NCBI GenBank assembly: GCA_963782545.1
Contig: CAWAKD010000007.1
Coordinates: forward strand, 1,497,310-1,561,309
Length of the DNA: 64,000 nt
From: an uncultured delta proteobacterium
Lineage (GTDB): Bacteria > Myxococcota_A > Polyangia > Fen-1088
Reading direction: 5' to 3'
A program made the position numbers and the translations under genes. The notes under the pieces are model-generated. The model ran no database searches and was not told the DNA's origin. It saw only the letters and a program-made list of their open reading frames with translations. Below are positions 27,623 to 36,641 of the stretch, piece after piece. Each line of letters begins with the position of its first letter. Position 1 is the first letter of the stretch.

Positions 27623-28306
27623 TCAGCAACCCTGGCCGGCGGGGCAGGGCCACGCGGTCGAGCTGGCGCAGCTCCACTTCGATACCCCAGTGGTGGCCGA
27701 GGGCTCGGGGCAGACGCAGTCGCCGGTCTTCGCCGCGCCTGAGGAGTCGAGGTAGCCACCGTTGAGGTTGCAGAGTGTGCAGGTCGCCACGGTGCAGGGA
27801 GTGCTGGCCTGGGGCGCCGCATCCGTCGGGCAAGAAGCGTCGATGGCGGCGGGAATCTTGTAGCAGGAGTAGTCCTGGCCGGTCAAGAAGCTGCAGCCCG
27901 ACTGTTCCACGTACACGCCAGCCGTGCAGGTCTCGGACTTGAAACCGATACTCTGGGGGCCACAGGTCTTGTAGCAGAGCTGAGGATCGACATCCGTACA
28001 AATACCATTCTTGGTGGGAGCCACGTTGGCGGCCGTCAGGAGACCGGAGCAGAGCGGCTGGTAGGTGTCGGCCCCGGTGGCCCCGCCGGTGCCGGTCGTT
28101 TCTGGCGTCGTACTTCCGCCTGCACCGGTCGTTTCCGGCGTGGTCGTTCCGCCACTCCCGGTGACATCAGTCGTGCCGCCGGTGCTGGTCACGCCGCCAG
28201 TGCCCTCCGTTGTCGACGGAGAATTGCCACCGCCGCAGCCTTGGGTCCAAAGGACCTGCGCCAAAAGCGCCACAGTTCCAACGTAAGCAACACTTCGCAT
28301 TGTCAT
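27623..28306 (-). CDS. Lipoprotein with G/T-rich linker and the same C-terminal Cys-rich domain as 7380..8360
   Basis: A GAGGGA RBS is present. The signal peptide is MTMRSVAYVGTVALLAQVLWTQGC. The C-terminal domain (PLCSGLLTAANVAPTKNGICTDVDPQLCYKTCGPQSIGFKSETCT…) is paralogous to that of 7380..8360. Confidence 0.65.
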   Translation of the reverse strand: MTMRSVAYVGTVALLAQVLWTQGCGGGNSPSTTEGTGGVTSTGGTTDVTGSGGTTTPETTGAGGSTTPETTGTGGATGADTYQPLCSGLLTAANVAPTKNGICTDVDPQLCYKTCGPQSIGFKSETCTAGVYVEQSGCSFLTGQDYSCYKIPAAIDASCPTDAAPQASTPCTVATCTLCNLNGGYLDSSGAAKTGDCVCPEPSATTGVSKWSCASSTAWPCPAGQGC

Positions 28307-28549
28307 CGAATCCCTCACTTTTCTTGGTTTTGCCGCTGCCCGCAGATCCAGGCGGCCCATGGGGAGCCCCACTCGGTCCACGGGAGCGTCGAACAATCAG
28401 CTACCGTCGAAGGCGGCAGTGGTAATGCATGGCAAATGTGGCTCACTTTCCGCGAGCGCCCGCGACACGGCATGCCAGCGGCCAACGCGGTAGGCCGCGG
28501 AGCGTCTGGTTCTGCCCTTCGGCAATCTGGTGGTGGTGAACCATGCGGG

Positions 28550-29962
28550 CTAGCGGAAGAAACCGAAGTAGGTCCGGGCATTCCCGTAGCAGATGTCGCG
28601 CACCATGTTGCCCAGCAAGTCCATGTCGTGCGGGGCAAGACCGTTCTCCACGTCGTTGCCGAGCAGGTTGCAGAGAAGGCGACGGAAATACTCGTGGCGC
28701 GAGTAAGATAGGAAACTGCGCGAATCGGTCAGCATGCCGACGAAGCGCGAGAGCAGGCCGAGCGCAGACAGCGCTCCCAGCTGGCGCTCCATGCCGTCCT
28801 TCTGATCCAGGAACCACCAGGCCGAGCCGAACTGGATCTTGCCGGGGCACGTGCCGTCCTGGAAATTGCCCACCATCGTCGCCATGACCTCGTTGTCTGC
28901 AGGATTGAGATTGTAGAGGATGGTCTTGCAGAGCTGGTCGGTGGCATCCAGGCGATCGAGGAAGCGGCCCAGGGCAAACGCCTGCGGATAGTCGCCGATG
29001 GAGTCGAACCCCGTGTCCGGCCCCAGGCTGCGCATCATGCGCGTGTTGTTGTTGCGCATAGCCCCCACATGAAGCTGCTGCGTCCAGCCGCTCGCGTGGT
29101 CCATGAGCGCGAGCTCGTAGAGCATGGCCGAGCGGAACCGATTCTGTTCGACGGGGGAGAGCGCACGCATCGCACGTGCCTTGGCAAAGATGACGTCGAT
29201 CTCGCTTTCCGTGTACAGTTCGGCCCACACCTGCTCGATGCCGTGATCGCTGATGCGGCAGCCCACCTGGTGGAAGAAGTCGTGCCGCCGCCGGAGCGCG
29301 GCTAGCAGCGTCTCGAACGAATCAACGGCGAGGTTCGCGGCCGCCTGCAATTTGTCCACCCAGAGGTTCCAGCCTCGCACGTCGGACACGGCCATGGCCC
29401 GATCCGGACGCCAGGTGGGCAGGAGTTTGGTGGTCGCGCCCGGCTTCCCGGCGTGGCGCTGATGCGCCTCCAGCGTATCCACGGGATCATCGGTGGTGCA
29501 GACCACCACCACCCGGAACTGATCGAGCAGCCCCTGGGTGGTGAAATCGTCCTGCCCGAGCCTCGCGTTGCAGCGGTCGTAGATCGAGCGTGCCGTCGCA
29601 GGATTGAGCAACGTGTCCTTCACGCCGAGGGGTTTGCGCAGCTCCATGTGGGTCCAGTGGTAGAGCGGGTTGCGTAGCGTGTACGGCACGGTCTTGGCCC
29701 ACATCTCGAACTTTTCCCAGTCCGAGGCATCGCCCGTGCAGAAGCGCTCGGGTACCCCGTTCGACCGCATCGCGCGCCACTTGTAGTGATCGCCATCGAG
29801 CCAGATCTGGGTAAGCGTGGCGAACCGGTGATTGTCGGTCAGTTGGTCGGGTGGCAGATGACAGTGATAGTCGATGATCGGCTGGTCCACGGCATAGTCG
29901 TGAAACAACCGCACCGCGGTTTGGCTTTCGAGCAGGAAATTCTCGTCGAGGAACGGCTTCAT
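28550..29962 (-). CDS. uxaC: Glucuronate/galacturonate (uronate) isomerase
   Basis: The N-terminus (MKPFLDENFLLESQTAVRLFHDYAVDQPIIDYHCHLPP) and the length match UxaC. GGAG lies 7 nt before the ATG at 29962. Confidence 0.9.
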   Translation of the reverse strand: MKPFLDENFLLESQTAVRLFHDYAVDQPIIDYHCHLPPDQLTDNHRFATLTQIWLDGDHYKWRAMRSNGVPERFCTGDASDWEKFEMWAKTVPYTLRNPLYHWTHMELRKPLGVKDTLLNPATARSIYDRCNARLGQDDFTTQGLLDQFRVVVVCTTDDPVDTLEAHQRHAGKPGATTKLLPTWRPDRAMAVSDVRGWNLWVDKLQAAANLAVDSFETLLAALRRRHDFFHQVGCRISDHGIEQVWAELYTESEIDVIFAKARAMRALSPVEQNRFRSAMLYELALMDHASGWTQQLHVGAMRNNNTRMMRSLGPDTGFDSIGDYPQAFALGRFLDRLDATDQLCKTILYNLNPADNEVMATMVGNFQDGTCPGKIQFGSAWWFLDQKDGMERQLGALSALGLLSRFVGMLTDSRSFLSYSRHEYFRRLLCNLLGNDVENGLAPHDMDLLGNMVRDICYGNARTYFGFFR

Positions 29963-30224
29963 GGTGTCTCCACGGTACCGCAGTGGCGCCAGCGAGGGAA
30001 AACGGGCCAGCTCGAAGTCCCCGTGGGGCAACCCCGAGCCGTTCTTCGCTCCACCCGACGCCGCGGGTGGGAACGCCAAGACCATCGGTCCCTGCACCGT
30101 CGGCAACGGACTCGCTGCCGGCTGACCCGGTGTCGGCGTTCGCGGCGGCGCTGCGCAGAGCGAGCTCGACGACGCGCAGATAGCCAACATCACCCCCTAA
30201 GAGGCTGAGCCGGATTCGTTCCGG
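29963..30224. promoter_or_regulatory. Divergent promoter region between uxaC and the uxaE-kdgK-exuT operon
   Basis: 262 bp of non-coding sequence separate the divergent starts. Confidence 0.3.
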
Positions 30225-31505
30225 GTGGCCACTGCACCCTTCAGGATGCTTGCTATCTCGAAATACTCCATGGGAATCGGTGACCGCTTCGGGCTGGAAG
30301 GCGCCGCGCAGCTACGAGCCTTCACGGCCGCGAGAGAGCGTGGCATCACCATCACGCCGGTTTGGAACAAATCCAACCGGGAACACTCCCTGATCGGCAC
30401 GCGGCCGGAGGATGTGCGGGCCGAGGCCGATGCCGCCATCGCGGCCTGCCGCTTTGGCCGTCCCTACTTCGTGGATGCGGACCACATCGCGCTTGCCTCC
30501 GTCGACAAGTTCCTCAGGGCCAGTGACTTCTTCACCATCGACGTGGCCGACGCTATCGGTCAGCCAGCGTCGGAAGCGTCGATCGCCTCCTATGCGGCCG
30601 ACATGGGCCGTTTCTTGGGCTCTCTGCAGATTCCCGGGGTGGAAGCTCCGGTGCTGGTCAGCCCGACCGTGCTTGCGGAATTCGCCAGAAAGTATCTGGC
30701 TGCCGTCGAGCAAGCCGGACGTGTCTATCGCCACATCGCCGGGCACAAGGGCCAAGGTGGGTTCGTGACCGAGGTTTCGTTCGACGAGGCGGAAACGCCC
30801 CAGTCACCCGGCGAATTGTTCTTCATTCTCGCTGCCGTGGCTCGCGAGGAGATCCCGGTGGCCACGGTCGCCCCCAAGTTCACCGGCGAGTTTCTCAAGG
30901 GTATCGACTACGTCGGCGCCATCGAGCGCTTCACGCAGGAATTCGCGGAGGACTTGGCCGTCTTGGCGTTCGCCAAGCGGACCTTTGCCCTTCCGGCCTC
31001 GCTCAAGCTCAGCATTCATTCAGGCAGCGACAAGTTCTCGCTTTACCCGGTCATGCATCAGGCGCTCAAGCGTGCCGACGCAGGCGTCCATCTCAAGACC
31101 GCCGGAACGACTTGGCTGGAGGAGGTCCTCGGACTCGCGGAAGCAGGCGGCGATGGCCTCGCCTTCGCGAAAGCACTCTATCGCGAGGCCTTCGCCCGCT
31201 ACGACGAAATGGCCAAGCCTTACGCCACGGTCATCGCCATCGATCGGCGGGTGCTTCCCACCCCGACCGAAGTGGATGGGTGGGGCAGCCAAGAGCTCGT
31301 GGAGGCGCTCGAGCACAATCGGCGCTGTGCGCGCTTCAGCATTCACTTCCGTCAGCTGATTCACATCAGTTTTCCCATCGCCGCCGAAAGACGGGCCGAG
31401 CTACTTGAATTGCTGCGGGCCAACCGCGACAAGGTCGAATCTCGCGTGACCCACAACCTGCTGAAACGCCACATCGAACCGCTATTTCTCGGGGTTTCCG
31501 GGTAA
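30225..31505 (+). CDS. uxaE: Tagaturonate/fructuronate epimerase (UxaE-like)
   Basis: TIM-barrel-like conserved blocks are present (YFVDADHIALASVDKF, KLSIHSGSDKFSLYP, HLKTAGTTWLEE). The call is recalled from the UxaE family. The start is a GTG at 30225, with an alternative ATG at 30246. Confidence 0.5.
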   Translation: MATAPFRMLAISKYSMGIGDRFGLEGAAQLRAFTAARERGITITPVWNKSNREHSLIGTRPEDVRAEADAAIAACRFGRPYFVDADHIALASVDKFLRASDFFTIDVADAIGQPASEASIASYAADMGRFLGSLQIPGVEAPVLVSPTVLAEFARKYLAAVEQAGRVYRHIAGHKGQGGFVTEVSFDEAETPQSPGELFFILAAVAREEIPVATVAPKFTGEFLKGIDYVGAIERFTQEFAEDLAVLAFAKRTFALPASLKLSIHSGSDKFSLYPVMHQALKRADAGVHLKTAGTTWLEEVLGLAEAGGDGLAFAKALYREAFARYDEMAKPYATVIAIDRRVLPTPTEVDGWGSQELVEALEHNRRCARFSIHFRQLIHISFPIAAERRAELLELLRANRDKVESRVTHNLLKRHIEPLFLGVSG

Positions 31506-31520
31506 GCTGGAGGATCTGGA

Positions 31521-32355
31521 ATGAACCCCGCGAGCCTCACCGGTAGTTATGATTTTTCCGCCAAGACCATCGCGATTACCGGTGGTGGTGGTGTTCTGTG
31601 CGGAGCCATGGCCAAGGCCTTGGCGGCCTGCCACGCCAACGTGGTCGTCCTGGACCGCGACCTCGCCCTGGCGAAAAAGACGGTCGCCGCGCTCGGCGGC
31701 ACGAAGGGCACGCACAAGGCCATGCTCATCGACGTTCTGGAAAAGGACGCGGTGGACAAGGCGGCGTCGGCCGTCGTGGCCGAGTACGGCACGGTCGATG
31801 GCCTCATCAACGGCGCCGGTGGCAACAGCCCCATGGCGACCACCGGCCCAGAGCGAAGCTTCTTCGACGTGCCAGCCGACGCTCTGCAATTCGTGTCGAA
31901 CCTGAACTTGCTCGGCACCATCTTGCCCAGCCAGGCCTTCGGGCGGGTCATGGCAAAGCAGAAGCAGGGCGTGATCCTCAACATCTCGTCCATGAACGCC
32001 TTTCGGCCACTGACGCGGATCCCGGCCTACTCGGCGGCCAAGGCGGCGGTGAGCAACTTCACGCAATGGCTGGCGGTGCACCTCGCGCAGGAATACTCGC
32101 CCAGGATACGCGTGAACGCTCTCGCGCCTGGATTCTTCCTCACCGAGCAGAATCGCTTCCTTCTCACCGACAAGGAAACCGGCGCGCTTACCGCCCGAGG
32201 CAACAAGATCATCGAACACACGCCCATGGCCCGATTCGGCACGCCCGACGATCTCGGCGGGCGCGACCTTGTGGCTGCTCTCGCCCGCCTCGGCGTTCGT
32301 CACCGGGATCGTGGTTCCCATCGACGGTGGCTTCTCGGCCTACAGCGGCGTCTAA
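31521..32355 (+). CDS. Short-chain dehydrogenase/reductase (putative fructuronate/mannonate oxidoreductase) with an apparent 1-nt frameshift near 32262
   Basis: GGAGGA lies 9 nt before the ATG. The cofactor motif TGGGGVLCGAMA is present, as are NISSMNAF and the active-site YSAAK. After …FGTPDDL the canonical SDR C-terminus ATLWLLSPASAFVTGIVVPIDGGFSAYSGV* is found in the +1 frame, ending at 32355. Confidence 0.6.
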
Positions 32356-32384
32356 CAGGGTGGTTCGGTGGACAAGGCGCGGCC

Positions 32385-33653
32385 ATGAGGCTCTTCGGAC
32401 ACGGCTCGATGGAGCGGCGGCTCGGCGCACAGGAGGTGCGTGACATCTGCGCGGCGACCTTGGCCGATCTACCGCTCGACGGAAAGCGCGTGCTCGTGCT
32501 CATCCCCGATCACACCCGGCACGCGCCGATGGACCTCTTCTTCCACGTCCTAAGCGACCTCTTGCAGCCGCGGGTGAAAGCCCTGGACTACCTGGTGGCG
32601 ACCGGAACCCACGCGGCCATGGCAACCGAGCGCCTCTATCGCCATGTCGGCCTGACCGCCTCGGAGCATCGGCAGAGGTATGCGAAGGTTCGCTTCTTCA
32701 ACCACCAGCACCACAAACTCGACGAGCTGGTTTCCCTGGGGACGTTGCCGGGCGACGAGGTCGCGCAGCTCACGCAGGGACTGTTTTCCCAGGACATCCC
32801 GGTGACCATCAACCGCAAGGCCACCGAGGTCGACCACATCCTCATCGTCTCACCGGTGGTACCCCACGAGGCGATGGGATTCGCGGGGGGCAACAAGTAT
32901 TTCTTCCCCGGCATCGCGGGCCTCGACGTGGTCGAGAAGTTTCACTGGCTGGCCGCGGTGATCACCAACCCGGTCATCAATGGTGTCAAGAACACGCCGA
33001 CCCGCCGCGTGATCGATCGGGTCGTCCAATTCCTGCCGACGCCGCGCACGTGCTTCGCCTTCGCCATCGACGGCAAACACCAGCTGGCCTGCCTCTTCGC
33101 GGGCGCGCCCGAGGAGGCCTGGTCCCAGGCCGCGGACTATTCCGCGCGACTCCACATCAAAGTGCTCGACCGGCCCTACAAACGCGTCCTCGGGCTCACG
33201 CCGTCGATCTACGAGGAACTGTGGGTGGCGGGCAAGGCCATGTATAAGCTCGAGCCCATCGTGGCGGACGGCGGAGAATTGGTCATCCACGGCTCCCACG
33301 TCAAGGCGGTGTCGTTCATGCATGGCGCGGACATCGAGAGGGTCGGCTACCACGTGCGCGACTACTTCGTGAAGCAGTGGGATCGCTTCGCCCACGAATC
33401 GAAGCTGATTCTGGCCCACTCGACGAACGTCAAGGGTATCGGGACATTCGACCATGGCGTCGAATGTCCCCGCGTGACGGTGACCCTGGCCACCTCTATT
33501 CCCAGACAAACCTGCGACGCCATCAATCTTTCCCACCGCGACGTGAATTCGATAGACATCGAGAATTGGAAGGACGACAAGGACACCTTGGTAGTAGAGG
33601 AAGCCGGGCAGGATTCTCTATCGGCTCAGGAACGGGACCAGCTGACACCGTGA
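32385..33653 (+). CDS. LarA-like (DUF2088, nickel-pincer cofactor-dependent racemase/epimerase family) protein
   Basis: LarA-type motifs are present: VLVLIPDHTRHAP, LVATGTHAAM and VVPHEAMGFAGGNKY. The ORF track fuses it to the SDR through the read-through frame. Confidence 0.45.
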   Translation: MRLFGHGSMERRLGAQEVRDICAATLADLPLDGKRVLVLIPDHTRHAPMDLFFHVLSDLLQPRVKALDYLVATGTHAAMATERLYRHVGLTASEHRQRYAKVRFFNHQHHKLDELVSLGTLPGDEVAQLTQGLFSQDIPVTINRKATEVDHILIVSPVVPHEAMGFAGGNKYFFPGIAGLDVVEKFHWLAAVITNPVINGVKNTPTRRVIDRVVQFLPTPRTCFAFAIDGKHQLACLFAGAPEEAWSQAADYSARLHIKVLDRPYKRVLGLTPSIYEELWVAGKAMYKLEPIVADGGELVIHGSHVKAVSFMHGADIERVGYHVRDYFVKQWDRFAHESKLILAHSTNVKGIGTFDHGVECPRVTVTLATSIPRQTCDAINLSHRDVNSIDIENWKDDKDTLVVEEAGQDSLSAQERDQLTP

Positions 33654-33698
33654 GACGTCCGGGTCGGCGAATGAACCAACAAGGAGCGAGAATTCGAA

Positions 33699-34781
33699 AT
33701 GGGTAACGGTTTGAGTATTCCCCCTGCGGGCGGCCTGGACTTCCTTTCCGTGGGCGCCCTGGTCAGCCGATTGGATCCGGGCATCGTGCCCTGGCGCAAG
33801 GCCCAAAGCTGCCTCATTCACGTGAGCGGCGGGGAATTTAACGTCGCCGCCAACTTGTCCGACTGCTTCCGCCTGAACGCGGGCGTGGCCACCGCCATGG
33901 TGGACTACCCCATCGGCGACATGATCCACGAGCGGGTGCGCGCCATGGGCGTCACTCCGTTCTACAAGCACTTTCGACACAACGGTGTCAGCGGTCCCAA
34001 CATGGCCACCGTATACAGCGATCGTGGCCACGGCGTACGCGCGCCGGTGGTGTTCTACAATCGCAGCAACGAGGCCGCCGCCGCGCTCAAGCCCGGCGAC
34101 TTCGACTGGGCCGCGATGTTCAAGAACGGGATTCGCTGGTTCCACAGCGGTGGGATCTTCGCCGCCCTGTCGGAAACCACCGGCGAGGTCATCATCGAGG
34201 GTATGAAGGCCGCCAAGCAGGCAGGCGCCGTGTGCAGCTTCGACCTCAATTTTCGCGACAAGCTGTGGAATATCTGGGGCGGGCAGGAGAAAGCCGTCGA
34301 GGTCATCGCGCGCATCGTGGCCAACGCCGATGTGCTGGTGGGCAATGAAGAGGACTTGCAGAAGGGCCTCGGCATCGCTGGCCAGGACGTCGAGAAGAAA
34401 TCGAAACTCGACGCCAGCGCCTTCTTCGCCATGATCGATCGGGTGACGGCCAGGTTTCCCCAGGTCAAGATCGTGGCCACCACCTTGCGCGAGGTCAGCT
34501 CGACCAACCGCCACGGCTGGGGGGCGGTGGCTTGGGTCGGCGGCGAGACCTACACCTCTCCCACGTGCGACCTCGAGGTTCACGATCGCGTGGGTGGCGG
34601 CGACGGCTTCGCCAGTGGCTTCTTCTACGGTCTGCTCTCGGGCGAGGCGCCCGCAGAGGCGCTGAAACTCGGTTGGGCGCACGGCGCGCTTCTTACGACC
34701 ACGCCCGGCGACACCACGATGGTGACGCTCGATCAGGTCAAGGCCTTCGCGAGGGGCGGATCCGCGAGAATTCAGCGCTGA
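33699..34781 (+). CDS. kdgK: 2-dehydro-3-deoxygluconokinase (PfkB family)
   Basis: AAGGAG lies upstream. The N-terminus has LDFLSVGALVSRLDP, and the PfkB signature DRVGGGDGFASGF is present. Confidence 0.8.
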   Translation: MGNGLSIPPAGGLDFLSVGALVSRLDPGIVPWRKAQSCLIHVSGGEFNVAANLSDCFRLNAGVATAMVDYPIGDMIHERVRAMGVTPFYKHFRHNGVSGPNMATVYSDRGHGVRAPVVFYNRSNEAAAALKPGDFDWAAMFKNGIRWFHSGGIFAALSETTGEVIIEGMKAAKQAGAVCSFDLNFRDKLWNIWGGQEKAVEVIARIVANADVLVGNEEDLQKGLGIAGQDVEKKSKLDASAFFAMIDRVTARFPQVKIVATTLREVSSTNRHGWGAVAWVGGETYTSPTCDLEVHDRVGGGDGFASGFFYGLLSGEAPAEALKLGWAHGALLTTTPGDTTMVTLDQVKAFARGGSARIQR

Positions 34782-34867
34782 CTTCCCCCCTCAAAGCCGA
34801 CATCCAGACGGCGATAGATCGTGCCCAATCCACACCGATGAAGATCTTGAGTCAAATCAACGAGAAG

Positions 34868-36403
34868 ATGGGACGGTACAGATGGACCATCTGTGCCCTG
34901 CTCTTCTTCGCCACGACGGTCAACTACCTGGACCGCCAAGTTCTCAGCCTGCTCAAACCGGCCTTGGAGGTCGAGTTCAACTGGAGCGACACGGACTACG
35001 CGAACATCCTCACGGTGTTCCAATTCGTGTACGCGATTTCCATGCTGTTCGCCGGTCGCATCGTCGATTGGCTGGGCACCAAGCTGGGGTTTGCCTGGGC
35101 GCTGACCGTTTGGTCCATCGCCGCGGCTTTGCATGCGCTGGCCAGGGGAACGGGCGGGTTCATGTTCGCCCGAGCCTTGCTCGGTTTCGGCGAGTCGGGG
35201 AACTTTCCCGCCGCGATCAAGACGACCGCCGAATGGTTCCCCAAGCGCGAGCGATCGCTGGCCACGGGGATCTTCAACTCCGGCGCCAACGTGGGCGCCA
35301 TCCTGGCTCCGCTCACGGTACCCTGGTTGGCGAAACACTTTGGCTGGCAGGGTGCGTTCGTCATCGTGGGCGCAATCGGCTTCCTGTGGCTGGTATTCTG
35401 GTTCTGGCTCTATGCCCCGCCGGCAAGGCACAAGCGGCTAGGCAAGGCGGAGCTCGACTATATTCATAGCGACGCGGACGAGCAGGCTGCCGAGGCAAAA
35501 GCCGCCGAGGCCAAGGCGGCATCCACCGCTAAGCGCCCCTGGTATATCCAATGGGGCAAGCTGCTGGGGTATCGCCAAACCTGGGCCTTCGCCTTCGGCA
35601 AGTTCATGACCGATGGCATCTGGTGGTTCTTCCTCTTCTGGTTGCCAGCCTACCTGAAGGAACAGTATGGGATGACGGGGACGCAGATTTCCGTGCCCAT
35701 CGCCGTGCTGTACACCATGACCTGCGTCGGGAGCATCAGCGGCGGCTGGTTCCCCATGTACTTCATCAACCGGGGACACGAACCCTATGCGGGACGCATG
35801 CGGGCGATGATGGTGATCGCCCTTTTCCCTCTCGTCGTGCTGCTGGCCCAGCCCCTTGGCGGCACCACCTACTGGGTGCCGGTCCTGCTCATCGGCGTCG
35901 GCGCCTCGGCGCACCAAGCCTGGTCGGCCAACCTGTTCACCACGGTGTCGGACATGTTCCCGAAGAAGGCCGTGGCTTCCGTCACGGGCATCGGAGGGAT
36001 GTTTGGCGGTCTCGGCGGCATCCTGGTCAGCAAGTCGGCCGGCTGGCTGTTCGATGCCTACCGGCAAGCCGGTATTGCCAAGACCTGGGCGCAGGCGAGG
36101 GCCGGTGCTCTCGGCGCGTACCTCGATCGGATTGCCTCCCTGCATTTGTCGAACAAGCACGGCAGCGTCATCGATCTGAACACGGTGGAGCTCGGCAGCC
36201 TGCCCAAGGAGGTCGTCGCCCAACTGCAGGCTATCAATTCCGATGCGTTCCTTCAGCTCAAGCAGTTGCAGAAGCCGTTGGTGCTGTCCGAGATGACGAC
36301 CGCGTATGCAATCATGTTCGGAATTTGCGCGCTCGCCTACGTCGTCGCTTGGTCGGTGATGAAGATGCTGGTTCCGCGATTCCGAAAGATCGAGAACCTG
36401 TGA
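34868..36403 (+). CDS. exuT: MFS hexuronate transporter (ExuT-like)
   Basis: The N-terminus (RYRWTICALLFFATTVNYLDRQVLSLLKP…) resembles ExuT and the ACS family, and 12 TM-like segments are present. An alternative ATG is at 34838. Confidence 0.7.
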   Translation: MGRYRWTICALLFFATTVNYLDRQVLSLLKPALEVEFNWSDTDYANILTVFQFVYAISMLFAGRIVDWLGTKLGFAWALTVWSIAAALHALARGTGGFMFARALLGFGESGNFPAAIKTTAEWFPKRERSLATGIFNSGANVGAILAPLTVPWLAKHFGWQGAFVIVGAIGFLWLVFWFWLYAPPARHKRLGKAELDYIHSDADEQAAEAKAAEAKAASTAKRPWYIQWGKLLGYRQTWAFAFGKFMTDGIWWFFLFWLPAYLKEQYGMTGTQISVPIAVLYTMTCVGSISGGWFPMYFINRGHEPYAGRMRAMMVIALFPLVVLLAQPLGGTTYWVPVLLIGVGASAHQAWSANLFTTVSDMFPKKAVASVTGIGGMFGGLGGILVSKSAGWLFDAYRQAGIAKTWAQARAGALGAYLDRIASLHLSNKHGSVIDLNTVELGSLPKEVVAQLQAINSDAFLQLKQLQKPLVLSEMTTAYAIMFGICALAYVVAWSVMKMLVPRFRKIENL

Positions 36404-36641
36404 ACCACCTTCGCCGTCTGATGGAAAGTTGAACACGGCGTAACACGCGCTGTTGCCCGCCGCGGGTCCGCACGGCGAGAGCCAGGCGTGGCGTCGGAAT
36501 TGCGGAGATTGCGCGAGGCGTACACGGCGACGCCCGTGTCAATCCACAGCCAGGAGCCTGGCACCCGCACGCGACTTGAGCCTATTTGCGATTTGCTCGC
36601 CACTGCTCGACCTGGAGTATTTCCACGCACGGAGGTTTCAC

